Assembly: GCA_964629715.1 (NCBI GenBank)
Contig: CAZVQY010000001.1
Location: 1 to 58,705 of the forward strand
DNA length: 58,705 nt
Direction: 5' to 3'
Origin: an uncultured Candidatus Saccharibacteria bacterium
GTDB taxonomy: Bacteria > Patescibacteriota > Dojkabacteria > SC72
The number at the start of each line of letters is the position of its first letter. Positions within the stretch are counted from its first letter, which is position 1. This document shows, piece after piece, positions 18,263 through 27,293 of the stretch. The notes under the pieces are model-generated. The model saw only the letters and a list, made by a program, of their open reading frames with translations. It did not search any database and was not told where the DNA came from. The position numbers and the translations under genes are program-made.

Positions 18263-19299
18263 TAGAATTGTTTTAAGAAGTTAAGGTTTCCATCTCTCAG
18301 GAATCTAATGTCACTAATTCCCAGCTTTATCATCGTTAGCCTGTCCACACCAAAACCCCATGCAAAGCCAGAATATCTCTCTGGGTCTATATCAGCTAAT
18401 TTAAGTACATTTGGATGTATCATTCCACACCCCATTAATTCTATCCATCCAGTGTGGCCACATGTTGAACATCCTGCTTTTTTGCAGAAAGGGCAACTGA
18501 TTACAAATTCACAATCAGGTTCTGTAAATGGGAAGAATGAAGGTTGTATTTTCACATCAAGTTCTGTTTCTAAATATCTTTCTAAAAATTCCTTTATTGT
18601 TGCAACCATATTTCCCAATGAAACGCCTTCATCTATATATATGCCTTCGATCTGATGAAATGTATGTTCATGCCCAGCATCTGTCGCTTCGTTCCTAAAA
18701 CATCTTCCTGGGAGAATAACTGCAACTGGAGGAGGTCCAAACATCTTTATCGCTCTGTTCTGCATTGTTGAGGTATGTGCTGGTAAAACAAATCCATCTT
18801 CAGTCCAGAATGTGTCATACATATCTCTCGCAGGATGTCCTACGGGGAAATTTAGTGATTCAAACATATGGAAGTCATCATCTATTTGTCTACTTTCCAA
18901 TACATTGAAACCCATACCTTTGAAAATTTCTACCCACTTCTCTATTTCATTTGTTAGTGGATGTTTTGTTCCTTTTGTATTTAACCACTGTTGCCTATTC
19001 TCCTTTCTGATATTTATATCAAAAGGCGCAGTAGGATCAATTTTCTCCTTCTTTGAATATCCTTCCCTCTCTGTGGCTTTGCTCTTAAGAATATCACCGA
19101 GATATATTTTAAGCTCATTCGCTTCTTTTCCATACTCAGCCCTATTACTCTGTTCAATTCTTGATATATCGGAGAATGCTGTTGTTAGTAGACCGTTTTT
19201 CGAGGAGTATTTCTTCTTAAGTTCTTCAGTATTTAATCTCTCTTTATCTTTCTCAAGAGAATCGAATATTTGAGATAGATTTTTGTTTTTGAATTCCAT
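18262..19299 (-). CDS. pheS: phenylalanine--tRNA ligase alpha subunit
   Basis: Class II motifs are present: HPARDMYDTFW, FRNEATDAGHEHTFHQIEG, FPFTEPDCEF and GFAWGFGVDRL. Confidence 0.95.
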   Translation of the reverse strand: MEFKNKNLSQIFDSLEKDKERLNTEELKKKYSSKNGLLTTAFSDISRIEQSNRAEYGKEANELKIYLGDILKSKATEREGYSKKEKIDPTAPFDINIRKENRQQWLNTKGTKHPLTNEIEKWVEIFKGMGFNVLESRQIDDDFHMFESLNFPVGHPARDMYDTFWTEDGFVLPAHTSTMQNRAIKMFGPPPVAVILPGRCFRNEATDAGHEHTFHQIEGIYIDEGVSLGNMVATIKEFLERYLETELDVKIQPSFFPFTEPDCEFVISCPFCKKAGCSTCGHTGWIELMGCGMIHPNVLKLADIDPERYSGFAWGFGVDRLTMIKLGISDIRFLRDGNLNFLKQF

Positions 19300-19319
19300 T
19301 TAATCAGTATACTACATTT

Positions 19320-19347
19320 AAAAAAAAGGGACTACTTCTAGTCCCTT
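19320..19347 (-). terminator. rho-independent terminator-like hairpin between rplT and pheS
   Basis: On the minus strand the sequence is AAGGGACTA-GAAG-TAGTCCCTT followed by TTTTTT. This gives a 9-bp stem (19326-19334 pairing with 19339-19347), a 4-nt loop and a T tract. It lies 22 nt after the rplT stop and 21 nt before the pheS ATG. Confidence 0.75.
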
Positions 19348-19368
19348 AAAAGTCTATTGTCAAAACTC

Positions 19369-19707
19369 TTAAAGGGATTTTACAATACTTGTAAACACCT
19401 TTGGATTATTAACAGCGATATCAGCTAAGACCATTCTATTTAATTCATTCTTGTTCTTTTTTAGTCCAGAGATTAAATCTTTGTACTGAATTCCATTGTT
19501 CTTACATGCGGCATTAATCTTTGTAATCCACATCCTTCTCATCTGCCCACCTCTCTTCTGTCTATCGTTATATGCATACTGTCCTGCATGCATATATGCC
19601 TCATGAGCAACTCTGTAAAGTTTATTTTTGGTCATCCTGTAACCCTTAGTTCTTGCTAGGATTTTCTTGTGACTTCTTTTCCTTTTTACACCACCTTTAA
19701 CTCTCAT
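19369..19707 (-). CDS. rplT: 50S ribosomal protein L20
   Basis: MRVKGGVKRKRSHKKILARTKGYR is a typical L20 N-terminus. The gene sits in the conserved infC-rpmI-rplT order. Confidence 0.95.
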   Translation of the reverse strand: MRVKGGVKRKRSHKKILARTKGYRMTKNKLYRVAHEAYMHAGQYAYNDRQKRGGQMRRMWITKINAACKNNGIQYKDLISGLKKNKNELNRMVLADIAVNNPKVFTSIVKSL

Positions 19708-19715
19708 TGTATTTA

Positions 19716-19931
19716 TTACTTAACATTAACAACTTTTTTGAGCATCTTTTTCCCAATACAGTTTGAAACTTCTGCGTTATCCTTCATTCTTCTTTTTTGA
19801 GTAGAGGATCGCTTAGTTTTCAAGTGTCCCTGATGACTTTGTTTATACCTAATCTTAGGAGTTTTGTTTCCTCTTGGATTAGAGATGTTAAACCTCTTTT
19901 TTGCTGTCTTGTTTGTCTTTTGTCTTGCCAT
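19716..19931 (-). CDS. rpmI: 50S ribosomal protein L35
   Basis: It is a small, highly basic protein beginning MARQKTNKTAKKRF, positioned between infC and rplT. Confidence 0.9.
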   Translation of the reverse strand: MARQKTNKTAKKRFNISNPRGNKTPKIRYKQSHQGHLKTKRSSTQKRRMKDNAEVSNCIGKKMLKKVVNVK

Positions 19932-20454
19932 CGGGTTTAAATGTGATAAATATATTACGCCCTTCCTTGACTGGATCAGGTTCGATACTACTATAATCAG
20001 AGAAATTAGTCAATATTTCATTGAATTCTTCACTTGCCTGTTCTCTTGATTGTCGACCCTTGATAAACATGGTTAGTTTTACTGGATGACCTTTTTGAAG
20101 ATATTCCTTAGCTCTGCTTACTCTGTGGGTGATATCAGCTTGCTCTATTACAGGTGTGAATCTAAATTCTTTTGTTTCTTTCACTTTTCCTTTTTTGTTT
20201 GATCTACTTTTTTTATTTTGAATATACATATACTTAGAGTAGTCCATTATTTTGCATACAGGAGGTCTAACATTTGGACCAACTTCAACAAGATCTAGCC
20301 CAACTTCTTGAGCCATCTTTAGGGCCTCTGTTGTCTTGATTACTCCAATATTCTCCCCCTTGTCTCCTATCAACTGCACCTCATCTACTCTAATCCATTC
20401 ATTTTTTCTAGGTCCGTATTTCTTTCTTAAATCTTTTTTGTACTCAAAAGACAT
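19888..20454 (-). CDS. infC: translation initiation factor IF-3
   Basis: Motifs include NEWIRVDEVQLIGDKGENIGV, LDLVEVGPNVRPPVCKIMDYSKY and the C-domain KEFRF..HD. The ORF starts with ATG. Its 3' tail overlaps rpmI by 44 nt. Confidence 0.92.
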   Translation of the reverse strand: MSFEYKKDLRKKYGPRKNEWIRVDEVQLIGDKGENIGVIKTTEALKMAQEVGLDLVEVGPNVRPPVCKIMDYSKYMYIQNKKSRSNKKGKVKETKEFRFTPVIEQADITHRVSRAKEYLQKGHPVKLTMFIKGRQSREQASEEFNEILTNFSDYSSIEPDPVKEGRNIFITFKPDGKTKDKQDSKKEV

Positions 20455-20475
20455 TATTTATATATTTTTTAAAAA

Positions 20476-22263
20476 TTAGCTATTACACTCTTGGGAAAAA
20501 GGCTCTTTAGTCCTCACCTCTTCCTTAAGAGTATCAATGAATTCTTGAACTTTCATCAATCCTTCGCATTTATTTTTTCGAGTTCTTACAGATACTGTCT
20601 CTGTTTCAATTTCCTTGTCTCCCATAATTACAATATATGGGATTTTCATCTTCTCGGCATCACGGATTCTTGATTGCATACTCTTTGTTCTGTCATCCAG
20701 TTTTACTCTAAGACCGGCATTTCTGATTTCCTCATACACTTTCTGTGCATACTCATGGTGCTTGTCAGAAATTGGGATTACATATACTTGCTCAGGAGTG
20801 AACCATAATGGGAAATCACCACCATGAGATTCAATAAGGAACGAAAAGAATCTTTCAAATGAACCGATAAGGGCTCTATGAATAACGAAAGGCTCCTTTT
20901 CAGTTCCGTCAGCATCGATATATCTAATATTGAATCTGTCTGGTAGGTTGAAGTCTAGTTGTAGTGTAGAAACTGTGTCTTCCTTCCCAAATACATTTAC
21001 CGCTTGAACATCTATCTTCGGACCATAGAATGCAGCATCTCCGGGCATCTCCTCAAATTCAACCTGTCTACTAATTAATACTTTTCTTAGTGTCTCTTCG
21101 GCTTGTTTCCATCTATCTGGGGCTCCAGCATATTTCTTTGGGTTTTCTTCCCTATCTGAAAGGGATAATCTAAATCTATATCTTGTGAACCCAATATCCT
21201 TGTAGAAAATGTCTAAAAGGTCTAATACCTCGTTAATGGAGCTCTCTAATTGTTCTGAGGTGCAAAAAATATGAGCATCATTTTGAGTGAATCCTCTTAC
21301 TCTCTGAAGTCCATGTAGTTCTCCAGATTTTTCATATCTGTATACAGTACCAAATTCCCCAAGTTTGTATGGGAGGTCTCTATAGCTTTTTTGTGAAAGA
21401 TTGTAGACCATCATTCCTGATGGGCAGTTCATTGGTTTGAGGTAATATATTTCATCATCAACTTGCATAGGGGGATACATAGATTCCTTGTAGAAATCTA
21501 AGTGCCCTGAAGTTTCAAATAGTTCTTTCTTGTTAATATGTGGAGTAAGAATATGTAGGTATCCAGCACCTTCCTCAAGCTCAAGCATATAGTTCTCAAT
21601 TATTCTTCTCATTACATAACCTCTTGGGAGCCAAACAGGAAGTCCTTGTCCAATTTCTGGAATAAGTGCAAAGAGTTCTAATTGTTTTCCCAGCTTCCTA
21701 TGATTCCTGTTCTCTAACTCTTCTTGATTCTTGAGAAATGTATTGAGTTCGTTTTCTGTCTCGAATGCGGTACCATAAATTCTTGTAAGCATTTTGTTGT
21801 GCTCATCTCCCCTCCAGTATGCACCAGCAGTTTTGGTTAGTTTGATTGCTCCGATATCTATTGTAGATTCCAAATGGGGACCTCTACAAAGATCAGCAAA
21901 TTCATTTTCTCCTGTGACATAGAAGCTTAGTTCATCTCCTTCAATCTCATTTAAAAGCTCTAGCTTGTAGACCTGGTCTGTTTTTTTGAGATACTCCTCT
22001 GCATCTTTCCTTTTCATTAGAACTTGAGTAATAGGAAGGTTCTGTTTGATGATTTTCCTCATCTCCTTCTCAATTTTCTTAAGATCATTCTCCTCAAGTG
22101 GCTCTGCTAGATCAAAGTCATAGTAAAAGCCATTCTCTATTGCGGGTCCAATACCGAGTTTCGCATCAGGGTACAGTTTAAGGACTGCTTCGGCAAGTAC
22201 GTGTGAGGCAGAGTGCCTCATCTTTTCTAAAGCATCTTCTTTTATTTTTTGTTCAGATTCCAT
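20476..22263 (-). CDS. thrS: threonine--tRNA ligase (no N-terminal TGS domain)
   Basis: The editing/second additional domain contains HSASHVLAEAV. The class II core contains RGFTQNDAHIF and VHRALIGSFERF. A C-terminal anticodon-binding domain is present. The protein is 595 aa. Confidence 0.93.
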   Translation of the reverse strand: MESEQKIKEDALEKMRHSASHVLAEAVLKLYPDAKLGIGPAIENGFYYDFDLAEPLEENDLKKIEKEMRKIIKQNLPITQVLMKRKDAEEYLKKTDQVYKLELLNEIEGDELSFYVTGENEFADLCRGPHLESTIDIGAIKLTKTAGAYWRGDEHNKMLTRIYGTAFETENELNTFLKNQEELENRNHRKLGKQLELFALIPEIGQGLPVWLPRGYVMRRIIENYMLELEEGAGYLHILTPHINKKELFETSGHLDFYKESMYPPMQVDDEIYYLKPMNCPSGMMVYNLSQKSYRDLPYKLGEFGTVYRYEKSGELHGLQRVRGFTQNDAHIFCTSEQLESSINEVLDLLDIFYKDIGFTRYRFRLSLSDREENPKKYAGAPDRWKQAEETLRKVLISRQVEFEEMPGDAAFYGPKIDVQAVNVFGKEDTVSTLQLDFNLPDRFNIRYIDADGTEKEPFVIHRALIGSFERFFSFLIESHGGDFPLWFTPEQVYVIPISDKHHEYAQKVYEEIRNAGLRVKLDDRTKSMQSRIRDAEKMKIPYIVIMGDKEIETETVSVRTRKNKCEGLMKVQEFIDTLKEEVRTKEPFSQECNS

Positions 22264-22296
22264 AATTGTATATCGATAATTAAATTAATATTAAGT

Positions 22297-22331
22297 GTAA
22301 AAGGGAAAAGCACACATTAAAAAGTGTGTGT
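22297..22331 (-). terminator. weak terminator-like hairpin between rsmD and thrS
   Basis: CACACAT/GTGTGTG form a 7-bp stem (22311-22317 with 22324-22330) and a 6-nt loop. On the minus strand the hairpin is followed by CTTTTCCCTTTTAC. It lies 48 nt upstream of the thrS ATG, so it could instead be part of a thrS leader. Confidence 0.3.
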
Positions 22332-22435
22332 TGTGAAAACTATTCTGTTTAGTTTTGATTTGTTTATACCAAATGTTTTGTACACGGTATATATTCTATA
22401 TTTTTAGGATGATTAATGCAATGGGAGGAAATTTT

Positions 22436-23173
22436 TCATTTTACAATGAAGAAAGAGATTACATTTAATCCAAGATTAATACTCTCCACTAACTTCAGAT
22501 GCTTTATATCTATCTTTCCCAAATCATATCTCCTAGGATGTTTCAGTATCAAAGCTCCCTTCCATTTAGTCTCTTTTTTCTCTTGTATACCAGGTAACAA
22601 CTCTGAGGCCATATTAATTATCTCCTCCATTTTATAAGTCTTTTTTGTATTAAAAAGTTTGTAAGGAGGGTCCATGAAAATTATATCGAATGAAGGAGTG
22701 TCTACTTCGTTATTCAACCTGAAAAGATAATTCTCTACCTTTTCTTTGAAAATATCGGATTCAACCAAAAAACCTGTATGTGCAACATTCTTTTTCAGAA
22801 CGATATTAGCGTTCTTCGATGCGTCAACAAATGTCGCAGACCTTGCACCCCTTGAAAGAGCCTCTAATCCGAAAGATCCTGCTCCTGCATACAAATCAAG
22901 GATATTCTTATTTACAATATCTTCCCTTAGAATATCAAAAACCCTTACCTTCATTCTGTCTGTCATGGGTCGGGTAGCTTTTGGAACTTCAAGAAGAAAG
23001 TTCCTTGCTTTTCCTGCAGTAATTCTTACAGTTGTCGTTATTGTTGGCTCTTTGCTTTGTAACCTTTCCTTAAGAAAGGTCTCTTCCATCTCCAAGAAAT
23101 CTTCAGGGGTGTCTAATCTCCATTTATTTTTCTCTTTTCTAACTTTTTTGAACGAATCGTGTTTTAAACTCAT
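22436..23173 (-). CDS. rsmD: 16S rRNA (guanine966-N2)-methyltransferase RsmD-like
   Basis: SAM motif I is DLYAGAGSFGLEALSRGA and motif IV is MDPPY. It has an N-terminal ~45-aa extension. The stop codon is TGA. Confidence 0.75.
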   Translation of the reverse strand: MSLKHDSFKKVRKEKNKWRLDTPEDFLEMEETFLKERLQSKEPTITTTVRITAGKARNFLLEVPKATRPMTDRMKVRVFDILREDIVNKNILDLYAGAGSFGLEALSRGARSATFVDASKNANIVLKKNVAHTGFLVESDIFKEKVENYLFRLNNEVDTPSFDIIFMDPPYKLFNTKKTYKMEEIINMASELLPGIQEKKETKWKGALILKHPRRYDLGKIDIKHLKLVESINLGLNVISFFIVK

Positions 23174-23219
23174 ATTCGATTATAACGTTTTGACATTAAA
23201 AAATAAACGGGATAAAGGC

Positions 23220-23678
23220 TTATCCTTGTTCCCTCGTTACCTCATAGAGGACAGTTGTAGCACAATTTGCTACGTTTAGTGATTCTTTGTTTCCTCTCAT
23301 GGGGACATAGATCTTCTTATCAGACTTTTTAAGGATGTCTTCCCCAACTCCTGTCTTCTCATGGCCAAAAACAAAAGCAACTCTTTCAGGATAATTTACA
23401 GATTGGAAGTTTTCAGCATCTTGAGTAAGTTCGACAGAATATATTGGGATATTTTGTGACCTGATCTCTTCCAGTGCATCTTCTGTGCTATCATAATGCT
23501 CAGACTGCACCATTTCTATTGCTCCTAAAGCAGTTTTCTCCAATTTCGGATTATCAATATCACTTGTCATTCCACACAAATATATTTTTTCAACGCTACC
23601 TGCCCCATCAGCAGATCTAAATATGCTTCCAACGTTGAAGACCGAGCGTATATTATCGAGTACAAGATGTATTTTCAT
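23220..23678 (-). CDS. SpoU/TrmH-family RNA 2'-O-methyltransferase
   Basis: SPOUT motifs are present: NVGSIFRSADGAG, FVFGHEKTGV and ESLNVANCATTVLYE. Confidence 0.85.
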   Translation of the reverse strand: MKIHLVLDNIRSVFNVGSIFRSADGAGSVEKIYLCGMTSDIDNPKLEKTALGAIEMVQSEHYDSTEDALEEIRSQNIPIYSVELTQDAENFQSVNYPERVAFVFGHEKTGVGEDILKKSDKKIYVPMRGNKESLNVANCATTVLYEVTREQG

Positions 23679-25684
23679 TATTTAAATAGTCTATCTATAA
23701 TTTCTTCAATATTATCTTCCTTAACCAGCTTTTTCGCAAATGTTCTTGTTTTCCTAAGTAAATCAACATCATAAATACTTGCAACTTTAAAAATTGGAAT
23801 TCCAGATTGCTTTGTACCATAGACTTCACCTGGGCCTCTAGTCTGAAGATCATATTGAGCGACATCAAATCCAGACGAATGCTTAGAAAAGTATATGAGT
23901 CTCTCTTCAGCGGGAGAATTCTTTTCAACTGATGCAGAAGGTATCACAAAACAAAATGATTCTTTATTACTCCTGCCTACCCTCCCTCTTAATTGATGAA
24001 GTTGAGCCAACCCGAATCTTTCTGCATCTTCTACAACCATAATAGTGGCATCTGGGATATCAATTCCTACTTCAATTACAGTAGTAGAAACAAGAACATC
24101 AATTCGCTTCCTTCTAAAATCATCTAGTAGCTTACTCTTCTCTTCCTCCTTTAACTTACCATGGAGATACCTCACTCTCAATCCTTCGAATAATTTAGTT
24201 AAATTACTATACTCATTAAGGACAGATTTTCTTGTTGATTTTTCTGTCTCCTCAATCAATGGATAGATGAAAAATGCTTGATTTTCACCCTTGCTTTCGA
24301 GAATCTTGTTTTTCACCCATTCAAAACACTCCAGCCTTTTTCTTATAGGTGTGTAATATGTTTTCACCTCAATTCTATTCTTTGGCTTTTCTCTAATTTC
24401 GGTAACATCTAGTCCTCCAAAAAAGATTTCAGTGAGGCTTCTGGGAATTGGTGTGGCAGTCATTGTTAGATAGTGAGGGGAATATTTACCTGTTTCCCTA
24501 AAGTATTCTCTCTGCTCTACCCCAAACCTATGTTGTTCATCGATGATTACAAGATTTAAATCCCTTGGCAATTTCATATCATACAAAATAGCATGGGTTC
24601 CAATAATCAGTTTATTATCAGCATCAGATATTTTCTTTTCTGAAGAGATACATAGTTCTATATCAGTATTGAAACTTTTGAATATATTTGTAAATGTATC
24701 AAAATGCTGTTTTGCTAGGACAGTTGTAGGGGCTAGAAGGATTGAAGAGAAGCCATTTTTTATACAGTTCAAAGCTGCAACTGCTGCAACTGCTGTTTTA
24801 CCACTTCCTACATCTCCGTTTAGCAATCTGCTCATAGGTCTCGATTTATTGCAGTCCTCGAGAATTTCTTCAATCGCATTACTCTGATCGTTTGTAAGTT
24901 CGTACGGTAGTGATTTTATAAATTTGTTCATCACTTCAGTGTCCAGTGGAATTTTCTCCGCTATCTCATTTCTTTTTTCATATTTCTTTTTCTCTGTAAT
25001 TATTGATATCCGTAGCATCTCATCAAAAGCCAATCTCTCTCTTGCGATCTCAATCTGTTCTTTGTTTTCTGGAAAGTGAATTTTCTGTATAGCATCATCA
25101 ATGAAGGGCAACTTCAGGCTGCCTTTTTCGATGTGCTCTCTTAGGGGGTCTTTAAAGATTCGAGGAATTTCATCTTTGTGCTCGGTAATTTTTCTTCTTA
25201 ACATTGCTGATGTTAAGCCCTTAGTTTCGGGATATATTCCTACGATTTTGCCTACATGAAGTTGATTTTCCTTAGAATATTTGAATTTCTCAAATTTTGG
25301 ATTATATATATTCTTGCTGTTTTTCCCTCTGCTCTGGGAATACTTTGCATCAAAGAGATACATGTCACCCTTCTGTATTGTTTTTTGAAGATATGGCTGA
25401 TTGAAAAATGTCAGCCTAAGAGTACCAGTATCATCTTTTACTTTTACAGTGGTTATTTTTTTTCTATAGTACGTTGTATTTACATCTTCAATTTTTGCCA
25501 AGAAAGTCCCCTCCCCTCTCCCTTTGAAATCTTCTATTGAAATAATTTGTGATGTGTCTTGATACCGAAAAGGTATATGTGAAAGAAGGTCTCCAACAGA
25601 TTCAATCCCAAGATTCTCATAATAATGTAAAGATTTAGGACCTATCCCTTTTAGTTCAGATATAGAGGATTCTTTTCTTAGCAT
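23678..25684 (-). CDS. recG: ATP-dependent DNA helicase RecG
   Basis: The N-terminal wedge/OB region is followed by helicase motifs GDVGSGKT, DEQHRFG, TATPIPR and QLRGRVGR. Confidence 0.93.
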   Translation of the reverse strand: MLRKESSISELKGIGPKSLHYYENLGIESVGDLLSHIPFRYQDTSQIISIEDFKGRGEGTFLAKIEDVNTTYYRKKITTVKVKDDTGTLRLTFFNQPYLQKTIQKGDMYLFDAKYSQSRGKNSKNIYNPKFEKFKYSKENQLHVGKIVGIYPETKGLTSAMLRRKITEHKDEIPRIFKDPLREHIEKGSLKLPFIDDAIQKIHFPENKEQIEIARERLAFDEMLRISIITEKKKYEKRNEIAEKIPLDTEVMNKFIKSLPYELTNDQSNAIEEILEDCNKSRPMSRLLNGDVGSGKTAVAAVAALNCIKNGFSSILLAPTTVLAKQHFDTFTNIFKSFNTDIELCISSEKKISDADNKLIIGTHAILYDMKLPRDLNLVIIDEQHRFGVEQREYFRETGKYSPHYLTMTATPIPRSLTEIFFGGLDVTEIREKPKNRIEVKTYYTPIRKRLECFEWVKNKILESKGENQAFFIYPLIEETEKSTRKSVLNEYSNLTKLFEGLRVRYLHGKLKEEEKSKLLDDFRRKRIDVLVSTTVIEVGIDIPDATIMVVEDAERFGLAQLHQLRGRVGRSNKESFCFVIPSASVEKNSPAEERLIYFSKHSSGFDVAQYDLQTRGPGEVYGTKQSGIPIFKVASIYDVDLLRKTRTFAKKLVKEDNIEEIIDRLFK

Positions 25685-25685
25685 C

Positions 25686-25805
25686 TTAGAGTGATGTCAG
25701 AACCAAAATCATCGGGACCATAATGCTAGCAAGGAGAACCACTGCCATAATTATGTTTATGATTCTTTTTGTTTTCTCTCTTGTTCTTTTCTTTAGTTTT
25801 GCCAT
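25686..25805 (-). CDS. small membrane peptide (39 aa), below the ORF-track cutoff
   Basis: Hand translation gives MAKLKKRTREKTKRIINIIMAVVLLASIMVPMILVLTSL, with a basic N-terminus and a single TM helix. The ATG is 3 nt after the rel stop and the TAA is 1 nt before the recG ATG, so the ORF exactly fills the only gap in this operon. Confidence 0.5.
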   Translation of the reverse strand: MAKLKKRTREKTKRIINIIMAVVLLASIMVPMILVLTSL

Positions 25806-25808
25806 GTC

Positions 25809-27293
25809 TTATTCTATACTTTTTCTGGAATTATTGTAAGGATTTTTTGTAGACTTTAGCATTTTGTGTTTTGTTCGGATAGATTTTACGGAATCTATAG
25901 CTGTTGCCTTCTGGTGTGTCTTATTTTTATCAGTCCTTATTTCTACAATATCGCCACTTTCTATTACTTGGGATAGTTTAGCTGGTTTGTTATTCACCTT
26001 CGCCGATTCTGCACTATTCCCAATATCTGTATGCAGCTTAAAAGCAAAGTCTAATACGGTATACCCTTTCTCAAGAGCGATGATTTTTCCGCCAGGAGTA
26101 AAGGCAAAAACTTCATCAGGGAAAATATCGGCTTTGATTGGGAAAGAGAGCTTCTTTCGACTTTCATGTTTGCTCTCCTCGATTTGGTTATGGATGTTTT
26201 TGACCCAATCATATTCATTTGTTGCCTTAGCATATCTAGATTGGCTAGCTTTATATGCGATGTGTGAGGCACTTCCGAAGGTGTTCTGCTTTAGCATCTC
26301 GTGTGTAAGTATTTGGACTTCAATATACATGGGTGAAATCTCTGGAAATTGTATAGGGGTTTGAACTGCCTTATATCCATTTGGCTTAGGGTTAGCTATA
26401 TAATCATCAAATCTCTCATCGTTAATAATACCTCTGTCCATGATCTTTTCCATGGCAAGATATGCCTCATCTTCTGTATTGGTAATTATTCGAAATGCAA
26501 TGAGGTCATCTAGTCTGTTAATATTTGGATCAACCCACTCTTTCTCATATTTTTTCAACTTGTTGTATATACTGTATTTATTTTTGATTCTCCCATGTAT
26601 CTTAGGTTTGTTTCTAAATGATTTAACTGATTCCTCTAGAAGTATTCGATACTTATTTTTTAATTCTTCACTAATATTCAACTGGGTCATCTTTTTAGTG
26701 ATGCTCTCAAATTCTAAGGGAAGGTAATGTTGGAATGCCTTCTCTTCAAGTTCTTTTTTTGTATCTTCAAAATAAAGATATTCTGCGAGTACCCCATATA
26801 TCTCAAGTGCCTTGACGAGCTTTCTCTTCTTTTGATCTTCAGGAATTTCATCAAATGACCTGATATCTTCCAGTGTGTCGAAAATTTTTAGAATAATAGG
26901 TCTGATATCTTTGCTAATATTTAAAATATATTTAACGATAATTTCTGAGTCGGAATCGATACTGTCTGTACCCCTCTTGATATTCTTGACTCCATTAAGA
27001 ATATCTACAACATCCTTTGAAAATTGCCTTTCGATATGACTCATTGTTTCTTCATTGAAATCTAACTCATGAAAAAGTGTTGCAATTGCTGTGTTTACAT
27101 CTATCCCTTTTTCTAAAACGGAGGTTGCTGTCCTAAGAGTATGATTGAACATAGGTTCTCCATTAAATCTGGTTTTGTGATTGTAGAATTCTTCTGCATA
27201 TTCGGCGGCAGACTTTAGATACGGAATTAATTCGTTCGAAACAAGGGAGTACATCCTATTTTTTAATACACCCACAGGTGTGTTTTCAGTCAT
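25809..27293 (-). CDS. RelA/SpoT-family (p)ppGpp synthetase with a degenerate HD hydrolase domain and TGS domain, no C-terminal regulatory domains
   Basis: Synthetase motifs are GRIKNKYSIYNKL, DLIAFRIIT, PNGYKAVQT and IEVQILTHEM. The TGS region reads VFAFTPGGKIIALEKG. In the HD region, FHELDFNE replaces the canonical HDVVEDT. Confidence 0.85.
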   Translation of the reverse strand: MTENTPVGVLKNRMYSLVSNELIPYLKSAAEYAEEFYNHKTRFNGEPMFNHTLRTATSVLEKGIDVNTAIATLFHELDFNEETMSHIERQFSKDVVDILNGVKNIKRGTDSIDSDSEIIVKYILNISKDIRPIILKIFDTLEDIRSFDEIPEDQKKRKLVKALEIYGVLAEYLYFEDTKKELEEKAFQHYLPLEFESITKKMTQLNISEELKNKYRILLEESVKSFRNKPKIHGRIKNKYSIYNKLKKYEKEWVDPNINRLDDLIAFRIITNTEDEAYLAMEKIMDRGIINDERFDDYIANPKPNGYKAVQTPIQFPEISPMYIEVQILTHEMLKQNTFGSASHIAYKASQSRYAKATNEYDWVKNIHNQIEESKHESRKKLSFPIKADIFPDEVFAFTPGGKIIALEKGYTVLDFAFKLHTDIGNSAESAKVNNKPAKLSQVIESGDIVEIRTDKNKTHQKATAIDSVKSIRTKHKMLKSTKNPYNNSRKSIE

